Part shown: positions 24,901 through 37,500 of the stretch, one piece after another
Position numbering within the stretch: position 1 is the stretch's first letter
Layout of the letters: the number at the start of each line of letters is the position of its first letter
DNA from: Hydrurus foetidus
Taxonomy: Eukaryota
Assembly (NCBI GenBank): GCA_900617105.1
Contig: UYFQ01000138.1
Location: 1 to 64,000 of the forward strand
Reading direction: 5' to 3'
DNA length: 64,000 nt
The notes under the pieces: model-generated
The model's input: only the letters and a program-made list of their open reading frames with translations
Database searches by the model: none
What the model was told of the DNA's origin: nothing
Program-made: the position numbers and the translations under genes

Positions 24901-27900
24901 CGCCGATGTAGGCGAGACAGTCGGACTAGCGGTAGGCTCGGCAGTCGGACTTGCGGTAGGTGCGACCGTTGGAGACACTGTAGGCGAGACAGTCGGACTA
25001 GCGGTAGGCACGGCCGTTGGCGCCGATGTAGGCGAGACAGTCGGACTAGCGGTAGGTTCGGCAGTCGGACTTGCGGTAGGTGCGACCGTTGGAGACACTG
25101 TAGGCGAGACAGTCGGACTAGCGGTAGGCACGGCCGTTGGCGCCGATGTAGGCGAGACAGTCGGACTAGCGGTAGGCTGGCAGTCGGACTTGCGGTAGGT
25201 GCGACCGTTGGAGACACTGTAGGCGAGACAGTCGGACTAGCGGTAGGCACGGCCGTTGGCGCCGATGTAGGCGGGATAGTCGGACTAGCGGTAGGCTCGG
25301 CAGTCGGACTTGCGGTAGGTGCGACCGTTGGAGACACTGTAGGCGAGACAGTCGGACTAGCGGTAGGCACGGCCGTTGGCGCCGATGTAGGCGAGACAGT
25401 CGGACTAGCGGTAGGCTCGGCAGTCGGACTTGCGGTAGGTGCGACCGTTGGAGACACTGTAGGCGAGACAGTCGGACTAGCGGTAGGCACGGCCGTTGGC
25501 GCCGATGTAGGCGAGACAGTCGGACTAGCGGTAGGCGAGACAGTCGGACTAGCGGTAGGCACGGCCGTTGGCGCCGATGTAGGCGAGACAGTCGGACTAG
25601 CGGTAGGCTCGGCAGTCGGACTTGCGGTAGGTGCGACCGTTGGAGACACTGTAGGCGAGACAGTCGGACTAGCGGTAGGCACGGCCGTTGGCGCCGATGT
25701 AGGCGAGACAGTCGGACTAGCGGTAGGCTCGGCAGTCGGACTTGCGGTAGGTGCGACCGTTGGAGACACTGTAGGCGAGACAGTCGGACTAGCGGTAGGC
25801 ACGGCCGTTGGCGCCGATGTAGGCGAGACAGTCGGACTAGCTGTAGGCTCGGCAGTCGGACTTGCGGTAGGTGCGACCGTTGGAGACACTGTAGGCGAGA
25901 CAGTCGGACTAGCGGTAGGCACGGACGTTGGCGCCGATGTAGGCGAGACAGTCGGACTAGCTGTAGGCATGACAGTCGGTCTTGCGGTAGGTGCGACCGT
26001 TGGAGACACTGTAGGCGAGACAGTCGGACTAGCGGTAGGCACGGCCGTTGGCGCCGATGTAGGCGAGACAGTCGGACTAGCGGTAGGCTCGGCAGTCGGA
26101 CTTGCGGTAGGTGAGACCGTTGGAGACACTGTAGGCGAGACAGTCGGACTAGCGGTAGGCACGGCCGTTGGCGCCGATGTAGGCGAGACAGTCGGACTAG
26201 CGGTAGGCTCGGCAGTCGGACTTGCGGTAGGTGCGACCGTTGGAGACACTGTAGGCGAGACAGTCGGACTAGCGGTAGGCACGGCCGTTGGCGCCGATGT
26301 AGGCGAGACAGTCGGACTAGCTGTAGGCTCGGCAGTCGGACTTGCGGTAGGTGCGACCGTTGGAGACACTGTAGGCGAGACAGTCGGACTAGCGGTAGGC
26401 CGGCGGTTGGCGCCGATGTAGGCGAGACAGTCGGACTAGCGGTAGGCTCGGCAGTCGGACTTGCGGTAGGTGCGACCGTTGGAGACACTGTAGGCGAGAC
26501 AGTCGGACTAGCGGTAGGCACGGCCGTTGGCGCCGATGTAGGCGAGACAGTCGGACTAGCGGTAGGCTCGGCAGTCGGACTTGCGGTAGGTGCGACCGTT
26601 GGAGACACTGTAGGCGAGACAGTCGGACTAGCGGTAGGCACGGCCGTTGGCGCCGATGTAGGCGAGACAGTCGGACTAGCGGTAGGCTCGGCAGTCGGAC
26701 TTGCGGTAGGTGCGACCGTTGGAGACACTGTAGGCGAGACAGTCGGACTAGCGGTAGGCACGGCCGTTGGCGCCGATGTAGGCGAGACAGTCGGACTAGC
26801 GGTAGGTTCAGCAGTCGGACTTGCGGTAGGTGCGACCGTTGGAGACACTGTAGGCGAGACAGTCGGACTAGCGGTAGGCACGGCCGTTGGCGCCGATGTA
26901 GGCGAGACAGTCGGACTAGCGGTAGGCACGGCCGTTGGCGCCGATGTAGGCGAGACAGTCGGACTAGCGGTAGGCACGGCCGTTGGCGCCGATGTAGGCG
27001 AGACAGTCGGACTAGCGGTAGGCTCGGCAGTCGGACTAGCGGTAGGCACGGCCGTTGGCGCCGATGTAGGCGAGACAGTCGGACTAGCGGTAGGCACGGC
27101 CGTTGGCGCCGATGTGGGCGAGACAGTCGGACTAGCTGTAGGCACGGCCGTTGGAGACACTGTAGGCGAGACAGTCGGACTAGCGGTAGGCACGGCCGTT
27201 GGCGCCGATGTAGGCGAGACAGTCGGACTAGCTGTAGGTGCGACCGTTGGAGACACTGTAGGCGAGACAGTCGGACTAGCGGTAGGCACGGCCGTTGGCG
27301 CCGATGTAGGCGAGACAGTCGGACTAGCTGTAGGTGCGACCGTTGGAGACACTGTAGGCGAGACAGTCGGACTAGCTGTAGGTGCGACCGTTGGCGCCGA
27401 TGTAGGCGAGACAGTCGGACTAGCGGTAGGCACGGCCGTTGGTGCTGAGGTAGGCGAGACAGTCGGACTAGCTGTAGGTGCGACCGTTGGAGACACTGTA
27501 GGCGAGACAGTCGGACTAGCTGTAGGCAAAGCAGTAGGAGCAATTGTGGGCTTTAGAGTCGGACTAGCTGTAGGCAAAGCAGTAGGAGCAATTGTGGGCT
27601 TTAGAGTCGGACTAGCGGTAGGCACGGCAGTGGAGCAATTGTGGGACAGTCGGACTAGCTGTAGGCACGGCGTTGGAGCACTGTGGGCGAGACAGTCGGA
27701 CTAGCTGTAGGCAAAGCGTTGGAGACACTGTAGGCGAGACAGTCGGACTAGCTGTAGGCAAAGCAGTAGGAGCAATTGTGGGCTTTAGAGTCGGACTAGC
27801 TGTAGGCAAAGCAGTAGGAGCAATTGTGGGCTTTAGAGTCGGACTAGCTGTAGGCAAAGCAGTAGGAGCAATTGTGGGCTTTAGAGTCGGACTAGCTGTA

Positions 27901-29750
27901 GGCAAAGCAGTAGGAGCAATTGTGGGCTTTAGAGTCGGACTAGCTGTAGGCAAAGCAGTAGGAGCAATTGTGGGCTTTAGAGTCGGACTAGCTGTAGGCA
28001 AAGCAGTAGGAGCAATTGTGGGCTTTAGAGTCGGACTAGCTGTAGGCAAAGCAGTAGGAGCAATTGTGGGCTTTAGAGTTGGACTAGCTGTAGGCAAAGC
28101 AGAAGGAGAAGCTGTGGGCTTAACTGTTGGACTACCTGTGGGCACGGCCGTTGGCGCCGATGTAGGCGAGACAGTCGGACTAGCTGTAGGCACAGCAGTC
28201 GGTTTAGCTGTAGGTGCAACCGTTGGAGACACTGTAGGCGAGATAGTCGGACTAGCGGTAGGCAAAGGAGAAGGAGATGTTGTGGGCTTTACTGTTGGAC
28301 TTGCTGTAGGCAAAGCAGTTGGAGTTTCTGTGGGCTTTAGAGTCGGACTAGCTGTAGGTACGAAGGTTGGATTAGCTGTTGGCTGTTCGGTCGGAGTTGC
28401 TGTAGGCACGGCAGTTGGAGTAGGTGTAGGCTCGGCTGTCGGACTAGATGTAGGCTGTACAGTTGGAGTAGATGTCGGCATTGCTGTTGGACTGCATTTT
28501 GATCCGATTATGTTTCTGAGTGGGAAATTTAGGCAATTGCTTGTGAAATTTAGTACGGCATTATTCAGTGTAAATTGACTGAATATGGATATCGGCACTT
28601 GTGTCGCGCTACCCATTGTTAAGGAATTATCAAATACATCAAAATCTATTAGTTCGTTGAGAGCAGACAGGTCTGGCAGCACTCCAGTCAGACTATTTTG
28701 CAGTAGTAGAATTTCCCTTAATTTTGTCAACACACCGAGTTGTGAGGGAATGCTCCCATTTAAGTAATTAGCCTCAACATGGAGGACCTCTAACTTTTTC
28801 AGATTCGTAATTTCTGATGGAATAGTACCATCCAATAAATTTGACCCGAGTCGAAGGTTATTCAGAGACTGAAGCTTCGCCAACGCTGTCGGAATATTCC
28901 CGCGAAGAGAATTTTTGAATAGCTGTAAACGTTCCAATGAGGGAAGAAGGCCCAAAAAGGAAGGAATCGTTCCGTCGAGGCGGTTATCATTGAGCTCAAT
29001 TACTTTCAGTTTCGTCAAGGCGGTGAAAGATTCCGGTATAGAGTTATCCAATGAGTTTCCGGAGAGAATCAGATTAACCAATCTCGTGCATTCTGAAAAT
29101 TTTGCGGGCAGAGGTCCAGAGACATTATTGGCTCCCATCTGGAATGATGTCAAGCTCCGAAAATCTCCGACAACGTCTGGTAGACTCCCAGTCAAGCCAA
29201 GTTTTTCGAGATTGATGGAGACTATTGAGGCATATTCGAAAGTTCCATTGACACTACCGCAGGTAATACCTCTGTAGGAACACCATTCAGGCTGGTTAGT
29301 ATACAAACTACGCTGCAGTGAGTGACTGTCACTACTGCGTTTTCCGTCATGTAATCTCCTTCTCCCTTTATACTCGATGCTTGAGTCCATCCAGGCAGTT
29401 TTTCCATCAAGCGCTGTGTCAGAAATGGTGATTTATCAAAATTGGTAGATTTCGATGCGATGAGGTCACTGTGCTCAAGCCGGACCGAAATGACAAGGCG
29501 GCCATGCCGTCTTAAGGTGCAGTCCGCTCAGTTACATAAATTAAAACTTACGTAGAAGTTTGGTCAGTTTTGGAAAGTTGCGCGCTAGCACAGCGCATGC
29601 ATCTCCTTCATCTTGTATAGCCGTTAAATTTGCGTCCGTCAAGGAGAAATGCCCATTGCCAGATGCTGTTCCAATTTCCAAGAGGCATAGGCCACCAAAG
29701 AAGAAGCTTACGCTCAAGGCACTCGCAATCATCCGGCAAATTGGGTGCAT
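9943..29750 (-). CDS. Giant secreted/type I membrane protein: signal peptide, ~9 plant-type LRRs, ~18 kb Pro/Thr (PT-repeat) stalk, TM helix, short basic tail (~6,500 aa)
   Basis: Exon 1 29750-29552 is hydrophobic; GT-AG intron 29551-29414 joins it in frame. WCSYRGITC cap; 24-aa LxxLxLxxNxLxGxIP repeats; PTxx repeats; IIGTVVGAVGLIAACYLVCL then KQCILKPKRRRESQ-stop. A dozen or more indels in the array shift the frame. Confidence 0.82.
10600..13940 (-). repeat. 24-bp coding minisatellite (PTSAPSFE / PTSAPSLQ)
   Basis: Tandem gtaggctcgaaagatggagctgay units. Confidence 0.97.
13940..27530 (-). repeat. Coding array of 12-bp PTxx monomers organised as a 120-bp higher-order repeat
   Basis: 40-aa unit PTASPTVSPTVSPTVAPTASPTAEPTASPTVSPTSAPTAV, recurring every 120 bp in 21.4-26.9 kb. 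Confidence 0.97.
27530..28100 (-). repeat. 48-bp coding repeat (PTASPTLKPTIAPTAL)
   Basis: Tandem ggcaaagcagtaggagcaattgtgggctttagagtcggactagctgta units. Confidence 0.95.
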
Positions 29751-30187
29751 GGCCGTTTGAAAAGATGACAACGACTAGGATTTTTTTATGAATAAGAGAG
29801 GTGTTCGTGAATGTTCTCCACTAGACCGCCAAGTGATTCCGCACGTCCTACGTACGATTCCGTCAGCTTCAGAAACAAGTGATTTACAGATTCGAGTCTA
29901 CCAGTTCAGTATATTTCTTTCGCAGCTCTGCGATCAATTCCTACAAGGCTTAGGTGAGATATAGTTAGTTCCTATCACTATGACTGATTGTACCACACAT
30001 GACACATGACACATGATGATGGATGATGATGGACCGGTGGAAACGTCCGTTGTGGCAAGGGGGTACGGTACCCCTTGGTTGTGGAAGTGGATTGGATGAC
30101 GCGCCGTTTATTCCAAATTTTGAATCTTGATTTTGAAAAATTGGGAACGATTTTTGGGATCCGAACGATCAATCCCAATCCTATATT

Positions 30188-30549
30188 TGGACCTATTCCA
30201 ACTCACTCGGATCATGACTTTTCCTCGTAAAAATGAATTAAAAAGTGAACCTCAGAATTTTACGGAGATTTTTAGGAACTCTCGTCTGAACCTTCGACTC
30301 TATAATTCTAATTGTACCTTTTGTTACCACCTTCCATCAAGTGCTCAGAAGTCGAATTGCTTTAAGATGTAGAAGTAGGTCATATGCATCCGCCGGTTGT
30401 AGTTTTCTTTGGTCGTGAATTATAGAGCAGTTTTGAAGCTCAACTATTGTTTCTCATTTCGACTGACACCCAACTCGACTGTAACGATACCTAAAATTTT
30501 AGCACCCATTTTATCTCGAAAATGACTCAATCGACTTGGAATAGGTCCA
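30188..30549. mobile_element. MITE-like non-autonomous element (~360 bp)
   Basis: Terminal inverted repeats TGGACCTATTCCAA / TTGGAATAGGTCCA, ATT on both flanks, no coding capacity. Confidence 0.7.
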
Positions 30550-31470
30550 ATTACCGTACAGCCAGGAGAATAAAATGTCTGCACATGTCGTCTACATGTT
30601 CAAATTGACTGTATAATCGCTATGTATGTACGATTTCGCATAACAGTCATTTGATTGCTGTAAATGCATTTCTCCACTATGCATCCTTAGGTGTCCACTT
30701 GTAGGCACTCCATTTCCAACACATTCACAATGCTACTGAAGATTATTCGCACTAGACTGCATCATTGAGTAATCAATTGCGAGATGATGACATGCACCAT
30801 GTCACAGTTTTGTTCCTCGTCGCACATATCGTACTACATCATCCAACGCTGTAAGATAACGAATATTCTTGTGCTTTTCTTGGCTGTCAGAAACGCATCA
30901 AAAGTTAATCAGTCCAAAAGTTATACAACTTGAAGAAAAGTTTAATTATATCAAAATATTTCGTTTTCAGTGGGGGGACTAATGAAATGGTAACTAAAGA
31001 TTACTCCGTATCAGTATTGAAATTCTTTTACGTAGCAGACGATTCATTGAAATTCGTCTGTATCTCATCTATTGTTTGGTAATTTATCTCTTCGGTTTTT
31101 GTTACAGATTGTTAATGCACTACTAATTCCTCGCCACTTTGTCAAAATACATTTGATATGAAAACCCATTTTAAATTTTGTGTTTTATATCACTGTGGTG
31201 ATGAGATGAACAATTTACTTAATGAGGTGATTGTCGATTTAAGCTTTCAAGGCGCAAAATTCATCAGAAGTGGAGACCATCTAAAAGAGAAATAATAGGA
31301 TTGTTAAGTAAGTTTACGATCATATCATTTTTTTAATAGATATTTTGGCTCATCAAAAAAAAAGCAGCATTGAAAAAAAGAAGCACCAAGCACTTCAGAG
31401 AACTATGCGTGAACAATATAGGTGTTACACTTACATGAACTTGGTGGCGTAAATAATTCCAATTGTCATT

Positions 31471-32545
31471 TTATGACATGATGCATGCCTCTCTCTGTTG
31501 CATTCTGTTTGTAGTGACTCCAGCAGTTTCGACTAAACCAGAGAATTCGTTGACCTACGAATAAAGAAGAAATTTTGCATTATCATTCGAAATCCAATCT
31601 TCTACACAATTTGGTTGATTGAAAATCTCCTGAAGGTTTCAGTTTTATTTTTTCTAAGACGTACTTTGTGATGAATTTCTAGTATCTTAGAGCGATTTTC
31701 TCCGAGCTGAAGCGCAATATCATTTCCGACCTGCCGATTAGTTTTCGTTGCAAAGAAATGAAACAATTGTTTTGTGTGGATTAAATTGGTTAGGGACGTC
31801 AAGGAGGACGAAAAGTTGACAAGATAAAGATATGTTGTTGCTACCATAATGCTGTCTTCAACTGACTTTTGTGCATCAGAAATCTTCTGGCCTGACCTGA
31901 TTAATCTTTAGAGTAATATTCAAAACAGCAGCGTTACTATTTATTGGTTGTTTTGCATGATGTTCAAGTGGGGTCAAGTATCATTAACTTACTTCTCATT
32001 TGCGTCAAACATCCTATCCCGTTGAATGGAACTCGCCGTACCAATTAAAGTACATCGCTGCACTTTGTCTTTGGCTCTGTGTGGAAAAGATTAGAAAGCT
32101 ATCAGAGAAATTCAGACTCGTCGGCTGTCAAATCAAAATAGACACAGGAGATTGAGGCTTCATAGCGATGGAAGCAAATCCATCACAGATGTTAGACTCT
32201 TCAATTAGGGAATCAATGTAGCCTATATTAATCGTTGCATATGTCGTCCTCATAATGAACGCATTACCTCTCAAAGTCAGCTTTGCATAACGATACAGAG
32301 GTTTTGTGCTTCGTCAGCATCTCATCGAGAGCTTTCCTATCAGAACCTGAGTGAGATCTCAGCTCCATACCCATTTGCCTGATGGTGGTGTCGGCTTCAT
32401 GCAGAAAATTCTCAGCCTCTGTTATAAGGGACACGGATTTGTCCTTGGCAGATGATGCCTCGCAATCTCGCAACTCTGCCAGGAGACCTTTTACTCTCTG
32501 GCATTCGTTCAAAAGTTGTTCCTCATAAGCTTTAAAAATGGACAT
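31471..32545 (-). CDS. VTI1: VTI1-like Qb-SNARE (5 exons) ending in CIMS-stop instead of a TM helix
   Basis: N-terminal MSIFKAYEEQL..EADTTIRQMGMELRS is typical of the Vti1 Habc domain. GT-AG splicing gives the SNARE motif LIRSGQKISDAQKSVEDSIMVGNDIALQLGENRSKILEIHHKVNEFSGLVETAGVTTNRMQQRE. Confidence 0.8.
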
Positions 32546-32877
32546 AAACTCTACAGCGACCAATGACGATCCTAACAGTCGTGACCTGCCCACGGAAACA
32601 ATTTAGCTGTCGGAGTGGATTGTGAGAACTCCTACAACATGCTCTGCTGGTTATTTATTACTGGATAACAATATAACGACATTTTACAGTTCGAGTTGGC
32701 GAACGGCCAGTGTCGGTATTTGTATTTGTGGAATGTTCTTCTGAGAGATTGAAACGTGGTCATTATGCTACACGTTGCCTACGTATTCTATCGGAGGAAA
32801 CCATGATCTCAATATCATATCTCAGCGACATTGCATACTATTTATGGACAGCTTTTGTAATTTACATTCAGCTGCAC

Positions 32878-34077
32878 CTATTCGAGAGAATTTGCGTCGT
32901 TCACTTCCTCCATTTTCTTGCATGATAGGTCACTAAATGCGCCGAATTCCGTCGACATGCTTTGTCCAACTCTGAGGGCATTACTGTGCCATTTACCACC
33001 CTTCTCGTAACAAGCATTATCAGAAAGCATCGCAGCAAGGATGAAGCTCACGATGTTGCGCTCCTCATTGAAGCATTTTAATGATTCAAAAAGTCAGCGG
33101 AAATCAGCAGATATCATATACATAAATTTCGGAACCAGATAATCGCGTAACGTTGTCAAGGTTGCTACACTCGCTCAAAAGTTGCACATTATTGTCTTGA
33201 TAAGCTTCGTAAATCTATCCTCTTTGCCTGCCTCGCTGTTTATTTTTTTGAGTGCCCCTTCCAATTGCTCCATTTTTGACGTCACCTAGTAGCAGAGCAA
33301 ACATAGTGATTGAAGATGGAAATATTGAAGAGTGTATTCAAAAGGCATTTTATCGTGTGTTGTTATCACCTGTAATTTAGCAACAGCAATTTCTTTCAAC
33401 GCAGCTTCCTTGTGATTTGCATCTCTAAGGGTTTCCACTTCCTTTTCCAAAACAACAAAGCTACTGAGCAATCGCTCGATGGTTGCACGCTGCTCCACAG
33501 TTACTGCTGTACATGATTTGCTCAACTCTTGGCAGGTCTAATAAAATCGCATTCAATTAAGTTCCTCATTATTGAGTTGATAAACATTAACCGAAGGCAC
33601 GAAAATAAGTCGCCACTTACCTCCAGCATCTCTCTGCTCTTTTCTTTTATGCTTTCTGCTTTCGTTGACAACTGTGAACTCAGTAATTAATTACAATTGT
33701 GATTTGATTGCATGTCAATAAGGTGAATCCTTCTTACCTGACTTATCTTCGTCATCCATCGCTTCTTGAACTTATTCAAATCGTCCTTGTTCTCCTTACC
33801 TGCAAGGGCATGGGCATCATCCATGCTCTGCTGAAAATGTTTCCTAAATATGACAACGGTGCTCGTCACTATACTGTCAACATTGCGGAAAATGAAAGCG
33901 GCATGTATATTTGATATCGCGCCTTTTTCGTGTGGCAGCCAGTGAACTCTTCGCGTTTTTCAGTTTCAGAAGTATGGTCATTAAATTCTTCTCCTCTGCA
34001 GCATCTTCTTCCTCATCTTCGTCAGGATTGAAGTTCACATCGAAGTTGGGCATCAACGGCATCGATTTCAAGGCCAT
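32878..34077 (-). CDS. Multi-exon coiled-coil protein of unknown function (model approximate)
   Basis: In-frame GT-AG exons near 33739-33875, 33621-33671 and 33370-33537 with E/K/L heptads; ends uncertain. Confidence 0.5.
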
Positions 34078-34516
34078 TTTAATCGATGCGCAAACCAACT
34101 CCTGTAGTTTTTACGGTGCTGTTGGAAAGCCACTCGACTTTTGGATTCCTGACTGGCTATTTAATTGTTGCAGACAACTCTGCTGACTGAGTAGGTTGCT
34201 AACAGTCGATTCGAGTATTATCATCCAATCGCATCAACAGAAAAATTATTAAATTATGAAGAAATTCATGCAGATTTTTCATGCCAACAGAAAGCGAACG
34301 TACGTACATGCTGACAGTATCTAAATGGAATTCTGACCCATCTTTCCAAAACTTGATCGATAAGTTACAGTAGAGATACTTCACTAGTCTCCACTATCAG
34401 ATATTCTATCAAGTCAGCTGTCAGCTGAATTTGCGTGTGAGCTCCGCTCTTGGAATTTGCGGCAGCAGTGATTGGGATCTTTGCAGAATTTGACAACTTA
34501 CATGCAAGCTCTCAAC

Positions 34517-37500
34517 ATGGTCAGCGGTCGTTACATCGGACATGTTCTCTTTGCGGCTAGCATGTTTGCACGAATGGATAGCATTGCATTCGTCCATTCT
34601 AGAAACTTTATCGGAAGTTATTCAGGTTCTTCCAGGACATCAATAAACAAGAAATCTGCTCCAGAGTCGTCGGTAGTAACAATAAGAGGCGGTTCAAGCA
34701 GTGCTGAAAACGTTAATATGACTCATCTTGACCCAGCAAAATTGCAGGCAGACTCATTAGCGCTTTACGAAAAGCTTCGCAGTTGCGATGATGCATACAT
34801 GTCAAAACAATTGAATTCTGCATTAGATATTTTATCTGATGCTCTTCGACTGTATGGTCCACAGCAGCTCTTCGCGAGTTATAATGGGGGTAAAGATGCT
34901 GTTGTCGTGCTCCACTTGCTGCGAGCAGTTGCAGCCAAACAAACTGCTGACACTGGCATTGAGTGCAGTCCAGAATTTATCTATTTTGCCGTGAAAGATG
35001 AGTTTCCTGAAGTACTGGAACACATCAAAGAAACAGAAGAAATGTACACACTTAATCTCCGAGAATATGAGACTGGGATTTCCCAGGTTACACAAATTAA
35101 AATCAATGCATATCCTGTCCTAAAAAAACTAAGAAGAGATCTGTTTTGTTAATGTTTTTGTCATTCCTTTTGTCTCATTGCTTTGTGTATTGGGAGAGCT
35201 TTACCTCTTGCAAACATATCCTACACATTGCCATTTCAGAAGATTTCACCGATTCATTCATGCATTTTTTCATTGATGTGATGTGAATAGAGTTATTAAA
35301 CGTTCTTGTCATTATTCTTAAATGTTACTTAAATTATAATTAATCCTTACATTATTTACTTCGAACTCTTTTTTACCACGTTCAAATTCAATTCTTTTTT
35401 ACCATGTTCAAATTCAATTTTTTTCTTCACTTTCACGCTATTGTTAGAAAAACATAAAAACTGCGCTATAGAAACATTTTAATTCTTCAATTTTTCAGAA
35501 TTTGACTATGTTTAACTAAGTATTTTCATTTTAAATTATTCTGACGTAAGTACTGCAATCTTTCTCCCTCTTTTATTTTTATTTTCAACGTAAAACGTAT
35601 GCACTTGAATGTCAAACGACAGGGTCTCTCTGATCACATCAAATACGTACGCACAAAAGGGTACAACACACCAGCCTTCATACTAGGCACAAGAAAAGGT
35701 ATCAATTGTTTCATCATTTTTATCTTTCATCAACTTGAACTCTTCAAAAAATGAAGACATCTTTGAGTCATGCATATGTAATTTTCATCAGTCCGTTTTC
35801 CATTTCATATCGACCGTATTTGCTGCTATTTCCATTGAATAGGTGATCCTAATTGTGGTGATCAGCAAGCGTTCGCTCCGTCATCTTCATGGTAAATAAC
35901 GCTATTTTGAACAACATCATTTGTAGTCATTACCCAATGAATGTAGATATCTGTATTACCTTTTTATTTATCCGGTTAAATTTAAACGATTGTGTCGAAA
36001 AATCCGGCTAATTTTGGGCGTTGCTCTTTTACTTCTTTTTCTGTCTATCGATGTGTCTGATTACCATCAAATTCGGTATAATAATACCATATTCAATGTT
36101 CAATTATTCACGTAGTAATCCGACTATTTTCTGCAATCCTACATCTGATACATCCTTCTCCTCCTTCTTTTTCGTATTTTCTTTTATTGTTAACAGTTTT
36201 TTCTACAACATATATATTGCAAAAAATAGCAAAAATTAAATTCAGATGTATGTCAAGTAAAGGCAAATACAACTTTCACGATAATAATAATAATCACCTC
36301 TGAGAATCACGAAAATGTGCTAAAATTCGTTATCGTTATGTGGCCTGGCACGATTTTGCGATTCTCAGTGTTTTTGTATAACTATTACGCTAAAAAAATT
36401 AATCAATTACCAGCTATTAAAAATTTTATTCTATTATTCCATCAATTGCACTTTATCCGTTTTTTTGTTTTTATTAGGATGCCTTCTTTTATGCGAGTAA
36501 ATCCCATTCTTGACTGGGATTACGGACACGTGTGGCATTTCTTGCGTACGTACAATCTCCCGTACTGCTCACTGTATGACAAGGTAATTCATGATTCATC
36601 TTTTATTCTTTTTATTAATTAATAACTCGTCGTATCAGATTGTTTTTTGTGTTGTGTTGTGTTGTGTTGTATTGTGTTGTGTTGTGTTGTGATGTGTTGT
36701 GTTAAATTGTGTCGTGCTGTGATGTGTTTTGTTGTGTTGTGTTGTGATGTGTTGTGTTTTGCTGTGCTGTTTTGTATTGTGTTGTGTTGTATTGTGTTGT
36801 GTTATATTGTGTTGTGCTGTGTTGTGTTGTGTTGATCGGTGTTGTGTTGTGTTGTGTTGTATTGTGCTGTGATGTGTTTTGTTGTGTTGTGTTGTGTTGT
36901 GTTGTGATGTGTTGTGTTTTGCTGTGCTGTGTTGTATTGTGTTGTGTTATATTGTGTTGTGCTGTGTTGTATTGTGTTGTGTTATATTGTGTTGTGATGT
37001 GTTGTGCTGTATTGTGTTGTATTGTGTTGTGATGTATTGTGTTGTGTTATATTGTGTTGTGCTGTGTTGTATTGTGTTGTGTTATATTGTGTTGTGTTGT
37101 GTTGTGTTGTGTTGTGTTATGTGTGTTGTGTTATATTGTGTTGTGATGTGTTGTATTGTGTTGTGATGTGTTGTGCTGTGTACTGTTATACTGACACCTG
37201 ATTGGAATCGAAATGCACTTGAACGACTTACGCACATACATGCTACGATTTATATTCACCTGTAACATACCGCAACAGTCTGCCGAATATACAATCAAAT
37301 AAATTTCAAATCAAGAAATACGCCAGACATTCCACCGAACAAAATATGAAACAAATTTTCGAATGTCAAATACACAATTAACTAAATTAAATAATTATAA
37401 ATTAAATAATATTATCCCTTTAGGGCTACACTTCACTTGGCAAAACAACGGATACTCGGCCAAATCCGGCCCTGTTAAAAAAATGCCTCAGCCCCATATC

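Noticed and set aside
10600..27530. Possible CRISPR array or non-coding satellite
   Set aside because: No unique spacers; units are codon multiples continuous with a coding frame.
10598..28578. Long plus-strand VG-rich ORFs and minus-strand LHLSS / LVRLSRL frames
   Set aside because: Shadow frames of the PT-repeat array; only the Pro/Thr frame connects to the LRR and TM domains.
36647..37201. Cys/Val-rich ORFs
   Set aside because: Translations of an intronic TGTGT microsatellite.
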